Shown: positions 26,201 through 34,706 of the stretch, in pieces
How positions within the stretch are numbered: the stretch's first letter is position 1
Layout of the letters: the number at the start of each line of letters is the position of its first letter
DNA from: Nitrospinota bacterium
GTDB taxonomy: Bacteria; Nitrospinota_A; UBA7883; JACRGQ01
Direction of reading: 5' to 3'
Length of the DNA stretch: 64,000 nt
NCBI GenBank assembly: GCA_029881495.1
Contig: JAOUMJ010000002.1
Coordinates: 2,087 to 66,086 of the forward strand
Made by a program: the position numbers and the translations under genes
Notes under the pieces: generated by a model
Told to the model about the DNA's origin: nothing
Seen by the model: only the letters and a program-made list of their open reading frames with translations
Database searches by the model: none

Positions 26201-27995
26201 CCTCGGCGGTCAGGATGATATTGATTCGATGTTTGCCGAGATGACAGACGGGGAAACCCCCGCGGTATCTGAGGCCCCTTCCGGCGACGACCTCGGCGGT
26301 CAGGATGATATTGATTCGATGTTTGCCGAGATGACAGACGGGGAACCCCCCGCGGTATCCGAGACCACATCAAGCGACGACCTTGGTGGAGATAACGATA
26401 TAGACGCTATGTTTGCCGAGGCGGCAGGGGGGGAGACCGCTACGGTATCCGAGACCCCATCAAGCGACGACCTCGGCGGAGATAACAATTTAGATTCATT
26501 ATTTGGCGAATCAGCCGATAACACGGAGAAGGGGGAATTGGCCTCTGGAGGTGACTCTATGAATGAAGGTATTGATGTTTCATCTGACGATGATTTGGAC
26601 GCTCTTTTCGATGGAGATGCCTCGGAACCTACAGATATTTCCACTCCTGCAGAGCCGAGTTCCGCAGAGGGGACATCAAAGCAGGAAGAGGATGGGGCTG
26701 TAATAAGTCAGGATGATCTGGACGCCTTGTTTTCAGAAGAGGGTGGAGGGGACCCTGGTTCCATGGCAACTGCAGATAGTGCCGCTGATGGAGGGGAAAC
26801 TGACAGCTCCGAAGTAGATTTCGGGATATCCGGCGATAAGGATCTTGATTCGCTGTTCGATGCTGAAGCCGAGACGGCAATAATAGGAGACGAGCCTTCC
26901 TTTGACGCCACCCCTGCTGAAAGCGCGGGCGGAAGCAGCGAAGGGGGGATTGACACTTCAATGCTTGAGAGCGTTTCGGAATCGAATGAGCCTGATCATG
27001 AACTTGAGGAGACAAGCGTAGTCGAAACCCAGAGCGTGGATGGTGAGCAGAAAGTAGGAAAACTCGCCAAAGCAGTGCTGGGGGAGGAGGACGAGTTGGA
27101 TTTTGACGAGCCGGCAGAAAAGAAAAAATTTGGCCTCATAGGGAAATTGGCAAAAGTTGCCATGGCTGCCATGCTCCTTGTAGCAGTCGGGCTTGGAACA
27201 GTAACCTACACAAAAAACCAGAATCCGCTGGCGGTAATTGAGCAGGTAAAATCAAAAGGCTTCGGAGGCCTGGGGATAGGTATGTCTGAGATCCTTTCGT
27301 TCAAAGGTTCCGCCGATGTCGAAGAGATGGAGAAAAAGAGAGAAGAGGGGAAGGAAAGCGCTTCTTCAAAAGTGGATGAATCGAAATCAGACGATCAGGT
27401 CGCTGAAGGTACCGGAGAAGCTGCAGGTGATGGAGGCGGCGACACAAGTGGGGATGGCACAAGTGTTGTGGAACAGAAAGAGTTGACCGGCGTGGTACCT
27501 GTACCTGAAAGAGGTGGAACGGTGGTAGCCGACAAGACTCCGTCGCCGGAATCGTCTCTGCCGCCTTTGGAAGAGGACGCGATAGAGACAGCCGCATTGG
27601 AGCCCGCTCCGGTAAAAGCGGCCGTAACAAAAGCGATACCACCCCCGGGCGAGCGCGGAGAGGAATTTCAGTCGGAAGTCTATGAGAGAAACACGGAGCT
27701 GAAGATAGGGGTAATCGTTCCGGTAGACTTCAACGCCGAAGCCGTGAAGGTTATGACTGCTGATGTTCTGATCACGTTCCAGAACACGTCTGAATACGAT
27801 ATGGCCGACACGAAAAGATATCTGTACGAGATGGCGGTAGAAGAAGAGATCGAGAAATTTTTCCTTGATAAGTTTTATGAAGATACTCTGTATGTTCAGG
27901 ACAAAATCATTGCCCAGCTTAATACTAAATTTAAAAAACGGCCCGAGATGGGGAAAATTGCCGAAATAGATATCGAAAACTTCAAGCTGAAATGA
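23226..27995 (+). CDS. giant (1589 aa) hyper-acidic protein with an N-terminal MJ0042-type zinc ribbon, a roughly 1250-aa repeat-rich acidic linker, one TM helix and a DUF3426-like C-terminal domain
   Basis: N-terminus MIVSCPNCESRYDIEPGGIPQGGTYAHCTNCENIFFLKK (CxxC...CxxC). TM KKKFGLIGKLAKVAMAAMLLVAVGLGTVTY near aa 1300. About 230-aa beta-rich C-terminal domain. Single uninterrupted ORF. Confidence 0.8.
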   Translation: MIVSCPNCESRYDIEPGGIPQGGTYAHCTNCENIFFLKKRKKGEKPRAAAVGAGSALSERDTGEMRIAEDNGFNPDTDSFPTGEEETAQEPESLFDEMLNEGFDEGQPPGEPMEETFASQQNGVQTFSIEDENGGVEESIADAVEEDIDEFSDGTSEVLELEAPNLLMDESLAEIEEADFERDSEDHILNFEDEESDEPQTVENEISDILQSAGLFGNGEAEPIKAERGFSSMEEAGGSESEADIFDEVKSEMDMFEEVKSEIEKTAPPETMTADLAEESEVGRIFDDIKSGAVSDDSGSPSSETEFQDEIDKLFAMADGEGDASTQAVGRGVIDSILDDSSFDTEEHEGDAINGNGGYNNPFEESLLGTDSDPVHDEVDDIFSSGGLFDDESTGANAKERGLKEGTASVPMSVQDEIDELFERNQEKGQTYIMPESAVEDVLAQADQSSKSGFDDVDIDAIFAESSQQEFSHGTEPTDTEIVNLEYTPLPGESSPMDEFAGEDIESLFSEESEVPGKKDSLAEVDSEKTEYGGGGVELSLQDEINSILSDSSSDSDSPLESPEALSELDTIIFESTKRGDSAKGQSDVDSLFDVSKENDKPEPAPAELPTSSGSGAQFNIDAIFAEAAGGGSTGSAEPEASKGVSSGEEIDIDAIFAEVKGGGSTGSAEPEASKGVSSGEEIDIDAIFAEVKGGGSTVSAEPEASKDVSSDEEIDIDAIFAEVKGGGSTVSAEPEASKDVSSDEEIDIDAIFAEVKGGGSTGSAEPEASKDVSSDEEIDIDAIFAEAQGGGSTVSAEPEASKDVSSDEEIDIDAIFAEAQGGGSTGSAEPEASKDVSSDEEIDIDAIFAEATEGIDAELTDSDTSSSVDQGGQADIDAFFAETTGEKNVIPVVADKEIDVNLGGQNDIDAMFAEAAGGETATVSEAPSGDDLGGQDDIDSMFAEAAGGETATVSEAPSGDDLGGQDDIDSMFAEMTDGEPPAVSEAPSGDDLGGQDDIDSMFAEMTDGETPAVSEAPSGDDLGGQDDIDSMFAEMTDGEPPAVSETTSSDDLGGDNDIDAMFAEAAGGETATVSETPSSDDLGGDNNLDSLFGESADNTEKGELASGGDSMNEGIDVSSDDDLDALFDGDASEPTDISTPAEPSSAEGTSKQEEDGAVISQDDLDALFSEEGGGDPGSMATADSAADGGETDSSEVDFGISGDKDLDSLFDAEAETAIIGDEPSFDATPAESAGGSSEGGIDTSMLESVSESNEPDHELEETSVVETQSVDGEQKVGKLAKAVLGEEDELDFDEPAEKKKFGLIGKLAKVAMAAMLLVAVGLGTVTYTKNQNPLAVIEQVKSKGFGGLGIGMSEILSFKGSADVEEMEKKREEGKESASSKVDESKSDDQVAEGTGEAAGDGGGDTSGDGTSVVEQKELTGVVPVPERGGTVVADKTPSPESSLPPLEEDAIETAALEPAPVKAAVTKAIPPPGERGEEFQSEVYERNTELKIGVIVPVDFNAEAVKVMTADVLITFQNTSEYDMADTKRYLYEMAVEEEIEKFFLDKFYEDTLYVQDKIIAQLNTKFKKRPEMGKIAEIDIENFKLK
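25084..25780 (+). repeat. coding tandem array A: 96-bp unit x about 7.25, encoding DIDAIFAEVKGGGSTGSAEPEASKGVSSGEEI
   Basis: Unit boundaries at 25084, 25180, 25276 and so on up to 25757. Copies differ by a few synonymous or conservative substitutions. Confidence 0.9.
25935..26500 (+). repeat. coding tandem array B: 90-bp unit x about 6.3, encoding GGQDDIDSMFAE(A/M)(A/T)(G/D)GE(T/P)(A/P)xVSEAPSGDDL
   Basis: Read directly in the sequence. Distinct from array A but carrying the same DIDxMFAE core. Confidence 0.9.
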
Positions 27996-28097
27996 CGTAT
28001 CGGCGCGCCCAAACCTGAATATTTCTCTTTTGCAAAGTTTTCATTTTCTTTTTTTTGTCTCCTTGTTTTATCCTTTCCGAGATGAGAATATCTATAC

Positions 28098-28760
28098 ATG
28101 GCAAAAATATTGATCGTTGATGACGACCCGAATATAGCCCTTCTCCTTGAGATGACGCTTCAGAAAAAAGCCGAGTATTCCATCGAAAAGGTGACAGACG
28201 GGCAGAAGGCGCTTGAGCGTATAAATGAAACGAAGCCGGATCTTATCCTTCTTGACATCATGATGCCGGGAATTGACGGGTATGAAGTATGCCGAAGGCT
28301 GAAGATGTCAAACGATACCAAGTATATCTCGGTCATTATCCTTTCGGCGAAGAGGGATATCCAGGACAAGATCAAGGGTATGGATATCGGGGCGGACGAC
28401 TATATTGTCAAGCCTTTCAATCCCGACGAGCTTCTTACACGGGTTCAGGTGCAGTTGCGGATTCGAAAGCTGGAATCGGAAATAGTGGATAAAAAGCAGC
28501 TTGAAACGGTCCTTGCGATGTCCGTTACCCTTCAGCATGAGATCAACAATCCCCTGGCAGGGATACTGGGGAACGCTGATCTTTTAAAGGAGTGGAAGAA
28601 TCTCAGCGACGAAGAGGTGGACGAATCGATCCAGGCGATCGTGAAACAGTCTGCAAGAATAAGGGACATCGTACATAAGATGTCCACGGCGACAAAGGTG
28701 GTTGAATCCACCTATCTCGGCGATACCAAGATGATAGATATTACAAGGCTTAATCCGTAG
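28098..28760 (+). CDS. response regulator receiver fused to a HisKA dimerisation/phosphoacceptor domain, with no HATPase domain
   Basis: REC motifs ILIVDDD..ILLDIMMPGIDG..ILSAK..DDYIVKPF. H-box SVTLQHEINNPLAGILGNADLL. The protein ends about 60 aa later with no ATP-binding N/G boxes. Confidence 0.75.
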   Translation: MAKILIVDDDPNIALLLEMTLQKKAEYSIEKVTDGQKALERINETKPDLILLDIMMPGIDGYEVCRRLKMSNDTKYISVIILSAKRDIQDKIKGMDIGADDYIVKPFNPDELLTRVQVQLRIRKLESEIVDKKQLETVLAMSVTLQHEINNPLAGILGNADLLKEWKNLSDEEVDESIQAIVKQSARIRDIVHKMSTATKVVESTYLGDTKMIDITRLNP

Positions 28761-28799
28761 TATTAGAGCCTTTTCAATTTAATCAGGGAGTGGGGATTG

Positions 28800-29345
28800 C
28801 TACTTCAGCAGTTCCGCAACGACATGCTCCATCGCGTCAAATCCTTTAGCAGCGTCCCTTACTGCACGGATCGTCCCGAGCCTGTCGGCAACATAGAATG
28901 TCGCGTATGAAGCGTGACGGAATTTTTTTCGTTCAGTATTATCAATATCCGCGAAGGCGTAAAATCCGTCAGGCGTATCGCTGAAATTTATGGAGCCATA
29001 TTTCTTTCTCTGTTCGTCCGACGCTGGAACCTCTATGGCGAGAGTTACAAGCCCCGATAGATGGTACTTCTTCTGAAGCTTGTAGGACCACGAAAGCATC
29101 TCTCTGCTTATTTCGACGTCACCTTTTGCGAAAAACAGGAGAATGACCTTCCCCTCCGTGTCGTCCATTGAGAGGGGAGCGGTAAGCCATTGGTTGGATA
29201 TGATCTCCGGCAAAGGCTCTCCTTCCATAAGCCGGGACTGGAAAACGTTGAACTTGACCGCGATTATGAAAAACCCAACGAGCAGAAAAGATCCGATGAA
29301 GATATTGCGGCTTGTCCTTTGTATGTTCTTAAGTGCGGGTTCCAT
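28800..29345 (-). CDS. membrane-anchored thioredoxin/TlpA-like fold protein lacking the CxxC active site
   Basis: Redoxin-like topology. GKVILLFFAKGDVEISREM occupies the position of the usual W-C-x-x-C. Confidence 0.55.
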   Translation of the reverse strand: MEPALKNIQRTSRNIFIGSFLLVGFFIIAVKFNVFQSRLMEGEPLPEIISNQWLTAPLSMDDTEGKVILLFFAKGDVEISREMLSWSYKLQKKYHLSGLVTLAIEVPASDEQRKKYGSINFSDTPDGFYAFADIDNTERKKFRHASYATFYVADRLGTIRAVRDAAKGFDAMEHVVAELLK

Positions 29346-29424
29346 TTCTATCCGGTAAAATGCGCGGCGTTTCGCAATTCTATGCGGTGAGCAAAAATCC
29401 TATTGCCCCATCCGCCGGGAGGCA

Positions 29425-30897
29425 TCAGAGTGTCGGCGTCTTGGCGGAAATGGAAGGGTCGCGAAGTTTCTCATAGGCCGATGCGGCTGTAAAGAGGGCA
29501 GGTTCGCCCCAATGGTTTGCCAACATCTGAACTCCCAAAGGTCTGCCGTTTTTGGATGAGAATCCGGCCGGTATAGTAATTCCCGGTATGCCGGCGAGGT
29601 TTGCGCTTACAGTGAAGATGTCGCTGAGGTACATCTCAAGCGGGTCGCTTGTTTTTTCACCGATATTGAAAGCAGGGGAAGGGGTCGTGGGGGTTAGGAT
29701 GATGTCGCATTTGCCGAATGCCTTTGTGAAATCCTCCGTAATGAGCGTCCTTACCTTTTGCGCCTTGATGTAATAGGCGTCGTAATATCCGCTGGAGAGC
29801 GCATATGTTCCTACCATTATCCTTCGCTTCACTTCGGTGCCGAAGCCTTCAGTGCGGGAATTGATATACATTTCGGCAAGGTTCTCGCCGTTTTTGCTTC
29901 TGTACCCGTATTTCACGCCGTCGTATCGCGAGAGGTTGGAGCTTGCTTCCGCAGGGGCGATAACATAATAGACAGGTATGGCGTATTCAGTATGAGGGAG
30001 CGATATCTCCTCAATCCGCGCCCCTTCGCTCTCAAGCCTGGAGGCGGCCCCCTTCACGGCGGCGAGCGCTTCCGCATCGGTTCCTTCAATCAGGTACTCC
30101 TTTGGAATCCCTATCACCATCCCTTTAACACCCTTGTTCAGGCTTTCCGAATAGTCCGGGACCGGGAGGTTGACCGAGGTGGAGTCCATCGGGTCGAATC
30201 CGGCGATGGCCTGCAGGATAGTGGCCGAATCTTCAACGGTGTGAGACATAGGGCCGATCTGGTCCAGAGATGAAGCGAAAGCGACAAGGCCGAACCTGGA
30301 GACCCTTCCATATGTAGGCTTTAATCCGACAATTCCGCAAAGGGCGGCGGGCTGGCGTATGGAACCTCCGGTGTCGGAACCGAGAGAGCCGGGGCAGAAT
30401 CCGGCGGCAACAGCCGCGGCTGAACCGCCGCTGGAACCGCCCGGCACCGCCTTCAAATCCCACGGATTTTTACACACTCCGAAATGCGATGTTTCGTTTG
30501 ATGAACCCATGGCGAATTCGTCCATATTGGTCTTCCCAAGAAATACGGCTCCCGCCTGCTCGAGCTGTTTTATGACGAAAGCCGAGTATGGGGAGCGGAA
30601 GTTTTCGAGGATCTTCGAAGCGCAGGTAGTTACGACCCCTTCGATGTTTATGAGGTCTTTTATGGCAAGCGGAACACCGAGTAAAGGGCCTTTCTCGCCG
30701 GCGGCAATCCTTTTATCAGCCTCCTCCGCGTTTTTAAGGGCTATTTCCCTTCCAACGGTAATAAACGAGTTGATATCCCTGTCATGTTTTTCGATCCTGC
30801 CAAGGTATGCCTCGGTTATTTCCCGGGAGGTGATTTCGCGCTTTCCGAGTTTCTCCGAAAGCGACCGGATTGTCTGGTAGAAAATGTCAGCCATCAA
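29425..30897 (-). CDS. gatA: Glu-tRNA(Gln)/Asp-tRNA(Asn) amidotransferase subunit A
   Basis: Amidase signature [14 protein letters not shown]...[13 protein letters not shown]. 490 aa. Confidence 0.92.
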   Translation of the reverse strand: MMADIFYQTIRSLSEKLGKREITSREITEAYLGRIEKHDRDINSFITVGREIALKNAEEADKRIAAGEKGPLLGVPLAIKDLINIEGVVTTCASKILENFRSPYSAFVIKQLEQAGAVFLGKTNMDEFAMGSSNETSHFGVCKNPWDLKAVPGGSSGGSAAAVAAGFCPGSLGSDTGGSIRQPAALCGIVGLKPTYGRVSRFGLVAFASSLDQIGPMSHTVEDSATILQAIAGFDPMDSTSVNLPVPDYSESLNKGVKGMVIGIPKEYLIEGTDAEALAAVKGAASRLESEGARIEEISLPHTEYAIPVYYVIAPAEASSNLSRYDGVKYGYRSKNGENLAEMYINSRTEGFGTEVKRRIMVGTYALSSGYYDAYYIKAQKVRTLITEDFTKAFGKCDIILTPTTPSPAFNIGEKTSDPLEMYLSDIFTVSANLAGIPGITIPAGFSSKNGRPLGVQMLANHWGEPALFTAASAYEKLRDPSISAKTPTL

Positions 30898-30906
30898 GCA
30901 ATCCCA

Positions 30907-31203
30907 CTATTCAATTATGCGGGGGACGGAAAAATAATTCCTGTCCTTTGCGGGGGCGTTGTCCAGGGTCAGTTCGGTTTTGAAATTATTTGTATGTTCG
31001 TCCGCCCTGAACACGTTTTCCGACTGAAGCGCGTGGCTTGTGGGGGGGACGTTGCCGGTATCGAGCTTTTTCAGCATGTCGATATGCCCAAGTATCTGGG
31101 CGAGCGTCCCTGTCATTTTTTCCAGCTCGGCGTCATCGAACCTCAGGTTTGCAAGGGTCGCTACTTTCCTCACCTCATCGCCTGTCAATTTGGCCATTGT
31201 CAT
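30907..31203 (-). CDS. gatC: Glu-tRNA(Gln) amidotransferase subunit C
   Basis: Start taken at MTMAKLTGDEVRKVATLANLRF. GatC-like 98 aa sits directly upstream of gatA with a 9-nt gap. The ORF track's longer N-terminal extension is unlikely. Confidence 0.75.
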   Translation of the reverse strand: MTMAKLTGDEVRKVATLANLRFDDAELEKMTGTLAQILGHIDMLKKLDTGNVPPTSHALQSENVFRADEHTNNFKTELTLDNAPAKDRNYFSVPRIIE

Positions 31204-31279
31204 CTGTGGGACGCTCTCTTGGACCGCCATCGTTTCTTTCTTTTTTTCTTCTTGGTCGAGCTTGCCATTTGTCCTCCTG

Positions 31280-32113
31280 TTACAGTTTTTGGTAAACGGG
31301 TATCCCGTTAGCGTTGACAAGTTTAAAGTTTTTCGAAACATTGTGCAACGTTTCCGAGTGTCCCGTAAAAAAATAGCTGTTATCCCCCATTATTTTCGAT
31401 ATTCCATCAACGACCTTTCTTTTGGTTTCAATGCCGAAGTAGATAAGGATGTTGGCGCAGAATACGACGTCGAAGTTATCATATCCCTGAGGGTATTTGG
31501 GATTGAGCAGGTTGATCCTGTCGAACCGAACTTTGGGGAGTTTCTCCTTTTTCAGCTTGTACCAATCGGTGTGATTTTCGAAGAAATTCTCCCTGTATTC
31601 CGGCGGCATGTTTCGAAGGGAGTGTTTTGAGTAGTTTCCGGCTTCGGCCATTGCCAGAACTTCCGTATTTATATCGCTTGCGTACAGTTCAAGGGATATC
31701 CCTTTTGGGATTGCGTTTTTACGCGCAAGTATCATCGCGATGGTATATATCTCTTCACCGGAGGAGCTTGCGGCGCTCCATATCTTTACCTTGTTATTGC
31801 CGGATGTTTTTTTTACACGCAATATTTCTGGCAAAAGTATGTTTACAAGGGCGTCTATCTGCGCGACGTTTCTGAAGAACGACGTTTCATTCGTGGTTAC
31901 GGCGTTTATGAAGTGTTCGATCTCGGTTTTACTACTCTTTGGGCCGTCAATAAGGGGAAGGTATTCTGTGAAACTCGAAAGTCTCAGGTCGTAAAGCCTC
32001 TCCTGAAGCCGGGCTTCAAACAGGTATTTTTTAGCGGAATCATAAAGGATGCCGCATTCCCGGTTGATGACTTTTGACATCACCGCAAGCTCTTCGTCCG
32101 TGAGTTTGATCAT
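31280..32113 (-). CDS. cheR: second CheR-type chemotaxis methyltransferase paralogue
   Basis: TTNETSFFRN, KIWSAASSSGEEIYT and MGDNSYFFTGHSE motifs of CheR. Confidence 0.85.
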   Translation of the reverse strand: MIKLTDEELAVMSKVINRECGILYDSAKKYLFEARLQERLYDLRLSSFTEYLPLIDGPKSSKTEIEHFINAVTTNETSFFRNVAQIDALVNILLPEILRVKKTSGNNKVKIWSAASSSGEEIYTIAMILARKNAIPKGISLELYASDINTEVLAMAEAGNYSKHSLRNMPPEYRENFFENHTDWYKLKKEKLPKVRFDRINLLNPKYPQGYDNFDVVFCANILIYFGIETKRKVVDGISKIMGDNSYFFTGHSETLHNVSKNFKLVNANGIPVYQKL

Positions 32114-32319
32114 TTCTCCCCGATTATCACTCCTGGGTATTCCCAGACTTATTTTAAATATATCCCTCCATTATCCTCCCGGCAAATCTGGAAAACCATC
32201 GGTAAAATAAAATATTTTCAGCATCCTCCTTCAGTCTCCACGCATTATTCAGGGATGTATGGGGAAAAATAAATCAATTGAAACATTGACTGAAAACAAA
32301 TGACAGGTAAAATGAAGGA

Positions 32320-32796
32320 ATGTTTGAAAAAACCATTGAAAGGCTGGAAGAAGAGCTGATGAAGCTGAACTACCAGTTTACGGTCGAAATACCGAAAGAG
32401 CTCAATACCGCGGTTGCGCTTGGGGACCTGAGCGAAAACGCCGAGTATCACGCGGCAAAGGAAAAAAAACGGAACTGCGAGAGAAGACTGTCGATGATAA
32501 AGGGGCGCATCCGGGATCTTAAAAAGCTCGACATCTCCAAAATTTCAAAAAGCGGGGTAGGGCTCGGAAGCATAGTAACCCTCGAGGACCTCGATTCCGG
32601 CGAGGAGAAGATCTACGAACTGGCCGTGGCGGACGACGTGGACGCGGAGAACGGCAAGATTTCCATCATGGCACCGGTAGGGAAGGCTCTCCTTGGGAAA
32701 CAGGTTGACGACGAGGTGGTAATAAACATCCCAGCCGGCAAAAAGGAGTATGTGGTCACAAAGCTAGTCACCATTCACGACCGTTCGGATCTGTAG
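32320..32796 (+). CDS. greA: transcription elongation factor GreA
   Basis: LGDLSENAEYHAAKE coiled-coil tip with acidic residues. FKBP-like C-terminal domain. 158 aa. Confidence 0.9.
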   Translation: MFEKTIERLEEELMKLNYQFTVEIPKELNTAVALGDLSENAEYHAAKEKKRNCERRLSMIKGRIRDLKKLDISKISKSGVGLGSIVTLEDLDSGEEKIYELAVADDVDAENGKISIMAPVGKALLGKQVDDEVVINIPAGKKEYVVTKLVTIHDRSDL

Positions 32797-33005
32797 TATC
32801 CCCTGGGCAGTTTCGGAATCACCACCCCGGTAAATCCATACACGCTTTGCTGTTTAGTTAAAAATGAGGATCCCGCTCCTCTCCTGGCGAAATGCCGTCA
32901 GAATAGGTGAAATAACCGCTGAAAAAGCCCCGAAAAAGATTCTGCGAAACTTACATCCGGCTGGGGCGTGCCAGTTTTTTATAAAGAAGCTCTATACCGG
33001 TTCCG

Positions 33006-34706
33006 TCAATTACCGATCATTTCCCTGGCGTGTTGGCGGGCGGTTTCGGTGACCTCTTTTCCTGCCTGCATACGCGCAAGCTCTTCGACACGCTCCTCGT
33101 CGCTCAATTTCACGATGGAGACGTCCGTATCGTTGTTCTTCACCGTTTTCTTTACGACGAAGTGATGGTCCGCCTGGCGCGCTATCTGGGAGAGGTGCGT
33201 GATGCAGAATATCTGGCAACTCTTGGAGAGCTTTTTCAACTTCTCCCCGACAAGGTCAGCCGTCTTCCCTCCGATGCCGCTGTCTATCTCATCGAACACC
33301 AGTACCGGGACCGGCTGTATCTTCCCGATGGCGGTTTTGAGAGCGAGCATGATGCGGGATACTTCTCCCCCGGAAGCGATCTTCACTAGCGGCCTTGGCT
33401 CCTGCCCTTCATTGGTGGATATAAGGAACTGGAAACTACCGAAACCGTGGTGGAACATCCTGGCCGGTTTTCCATCGAGAGTATAACCTTCGCCTCCATC
33501 CGATTCCGGAAGCAATACTTCCACGGCAAAGCGGGCGGAGCCCATGTTGAGACCCGCCAGCTCTTCTTCGACAGTTTTCTTGAAACCGGCGATCCCTTCG
33601 ATACGTTTTTTATGCAATCCCTCGGCTTTCCGACCGAGGGCAAGTTTTTGGGAGGCTATCTCCTTTTCGAGCTTTTCGGTAACGTCGCTTGCCGTGACGA
33701 TCGAATCAAGTTCTTCCCTCGTTTCGTCCAGCATCTTCAGGAGTCCGGGGAGATCCGACTTGTACTTTTTTTTCAGCCTCTCAATGAGAGCTATCCTCTC
33801 TTCGACCGTTTCCAGGCGCGCCGGGTCGTCCTCCACGTCGGTCGTGCGCGAGAGTATCTCCCTTGCGCTGTCGGAGATCTGCGCGGACATATCGGAGAAG
33901 AGAGCGGAGTATTGGCTGAAGAAGGGGTCTATCCTGCCGAGTTTTTCAATATCCTTTGCAGATTCCTCCAGGCCGGAGAGGATTGACGTTTCGGAATCGT
34001 AGAGGCGGTCGAACAGTCTCTGCCCCGCCTGTCGAAGCTCTTCGGCGTTCGCGAGCACCTTTTGTTCCTTTTCCAGCTCCCCCTCCTCGTCGATATTGAG
34101 GCCCGCCTTTTCGATCTCATTCAGTTTGAATTCGAGGAGTTCTCGTCTTTCGACGGCATTCTTCTGTCGCTCGTTGTGCTCAGCGAGTTTCTCTTCCAAC
34201 TCTCTTATCTGCGTGAGGAGTTTCGAAACTTCGCCCGATTCCTTTATCAATTTCAGGTAGAGATCGAGCCAGGGGAGGTGGCTGTCCTTTTTCAGCAGGG
34301 CTTGGTGCTCATGCTGTCCGTGGATATCGACCATTTTTTCCGCGCCGTTCTTGAGCGATGCGAGGGTGATGGCATTCCCGTTTACCACGATGCGGCTTTT
34401 GCCCTCTTTTTGAAGCAAACGTCTGATTATGTATTCCCCCTCTTCGGGCTCTATTCCCTGTTCCACAAAATCGGGGATAGGGGAGAGTATCGTTTCAGCG
34501 GATATCAAGGCTTCGGCAAATCCGTCCAGGTTTTTATCCTTCAGGTTGGAGTAGTCCGCTCGCTCCCCAAGGAGAAGGTTGAGCGCGGAGAGGATCATCG
34601 ATTTTCCGGCGCCTGTTTCGCCAGTCAGGATGTTGAGCCCTTCGCCGAACTCCATTTCGAGGCCGGATATGAGCCCTATGTTCTTTATCTTCAGCTTTTT
34701 AAGCAT
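33006..34706 (-). CDS. recN: DNA repair protein RecN (SMC-like ATPase)
   Basis: Walker A GETGAGKS. Long coiled coil. C-terminal signature and Walker B (LVFDEIDSGIGG). Confidence 0.92.
   Translation of the reverse strand: MLKKLKIKNIGLISGLEMEFGEGLNILTGETGAGKSMILSALNLLLGERADYSNLKDKNLDGFAEALISAETILSPIPDFVEQGIEPEEGEYIIRRLLQKEGKSRIVVNGNAITLASLKNGAEKMVDIHGQHEHQALLKKDSHLPWLDLYLKLIKESGEVSKLLTQIRELEEKLAEHNERQKNAVERRELLEFKLNEIEKAGLNIDEEGELEKEQKVLANAEELRQAGQRLFDRLYDSETSILSGLEESAKDIEKLGRIDPFFSQYSALFSDMSAQISDSAREILSRTTDVEDDPARLETVEERIALIERLKKKYKSDLPGLLKMLDETREELDSIVTASDVTEKLEKEIASQKLALGRKAEGLHKKRIEGIAGFKKTVEEELAGLNMGSARFAVEVLLPESDGGEGYTLDGKPARMFHHGFGSFQFLISTNEGQEPRPLVKIASGGEVSRIMLALKTAIGKIQPVPVLVFDEIDSGIGGKTADLVGEKLKKLSKSCQIFCITHLSQIARQADHHFVVKKTVKNNDTDVSIVKLSDEERVEELARMQAGKEVTETARQHAREMIGN

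Noticed and set aside
25084-26500. Tandem repeat arrays examined as a possible CRISPR array
   Set aside because: Units are 96 and 90 bp, directly abutting with no spacers. They are in frame within a long ORF and encode a conserved peptide. There are no unique spacers and no cas genes.
25076-26644. Several minus-strand ORFs inside the giant gene: 25076..25567, 25603..25878, 26080..26373 and 26300..26644
   Set aside because: They are antisense or out-of-frame readings of the coding tandem repeats, periodic and repeat-driven. The plus-strand ORF is continuous for 4.77 kb across them.
32961-32980. Possible terminator after greA: ctgg-ggcgtg-ccag followed by T6
   Set aside because: Only a 4-bp stem, too weak to call.
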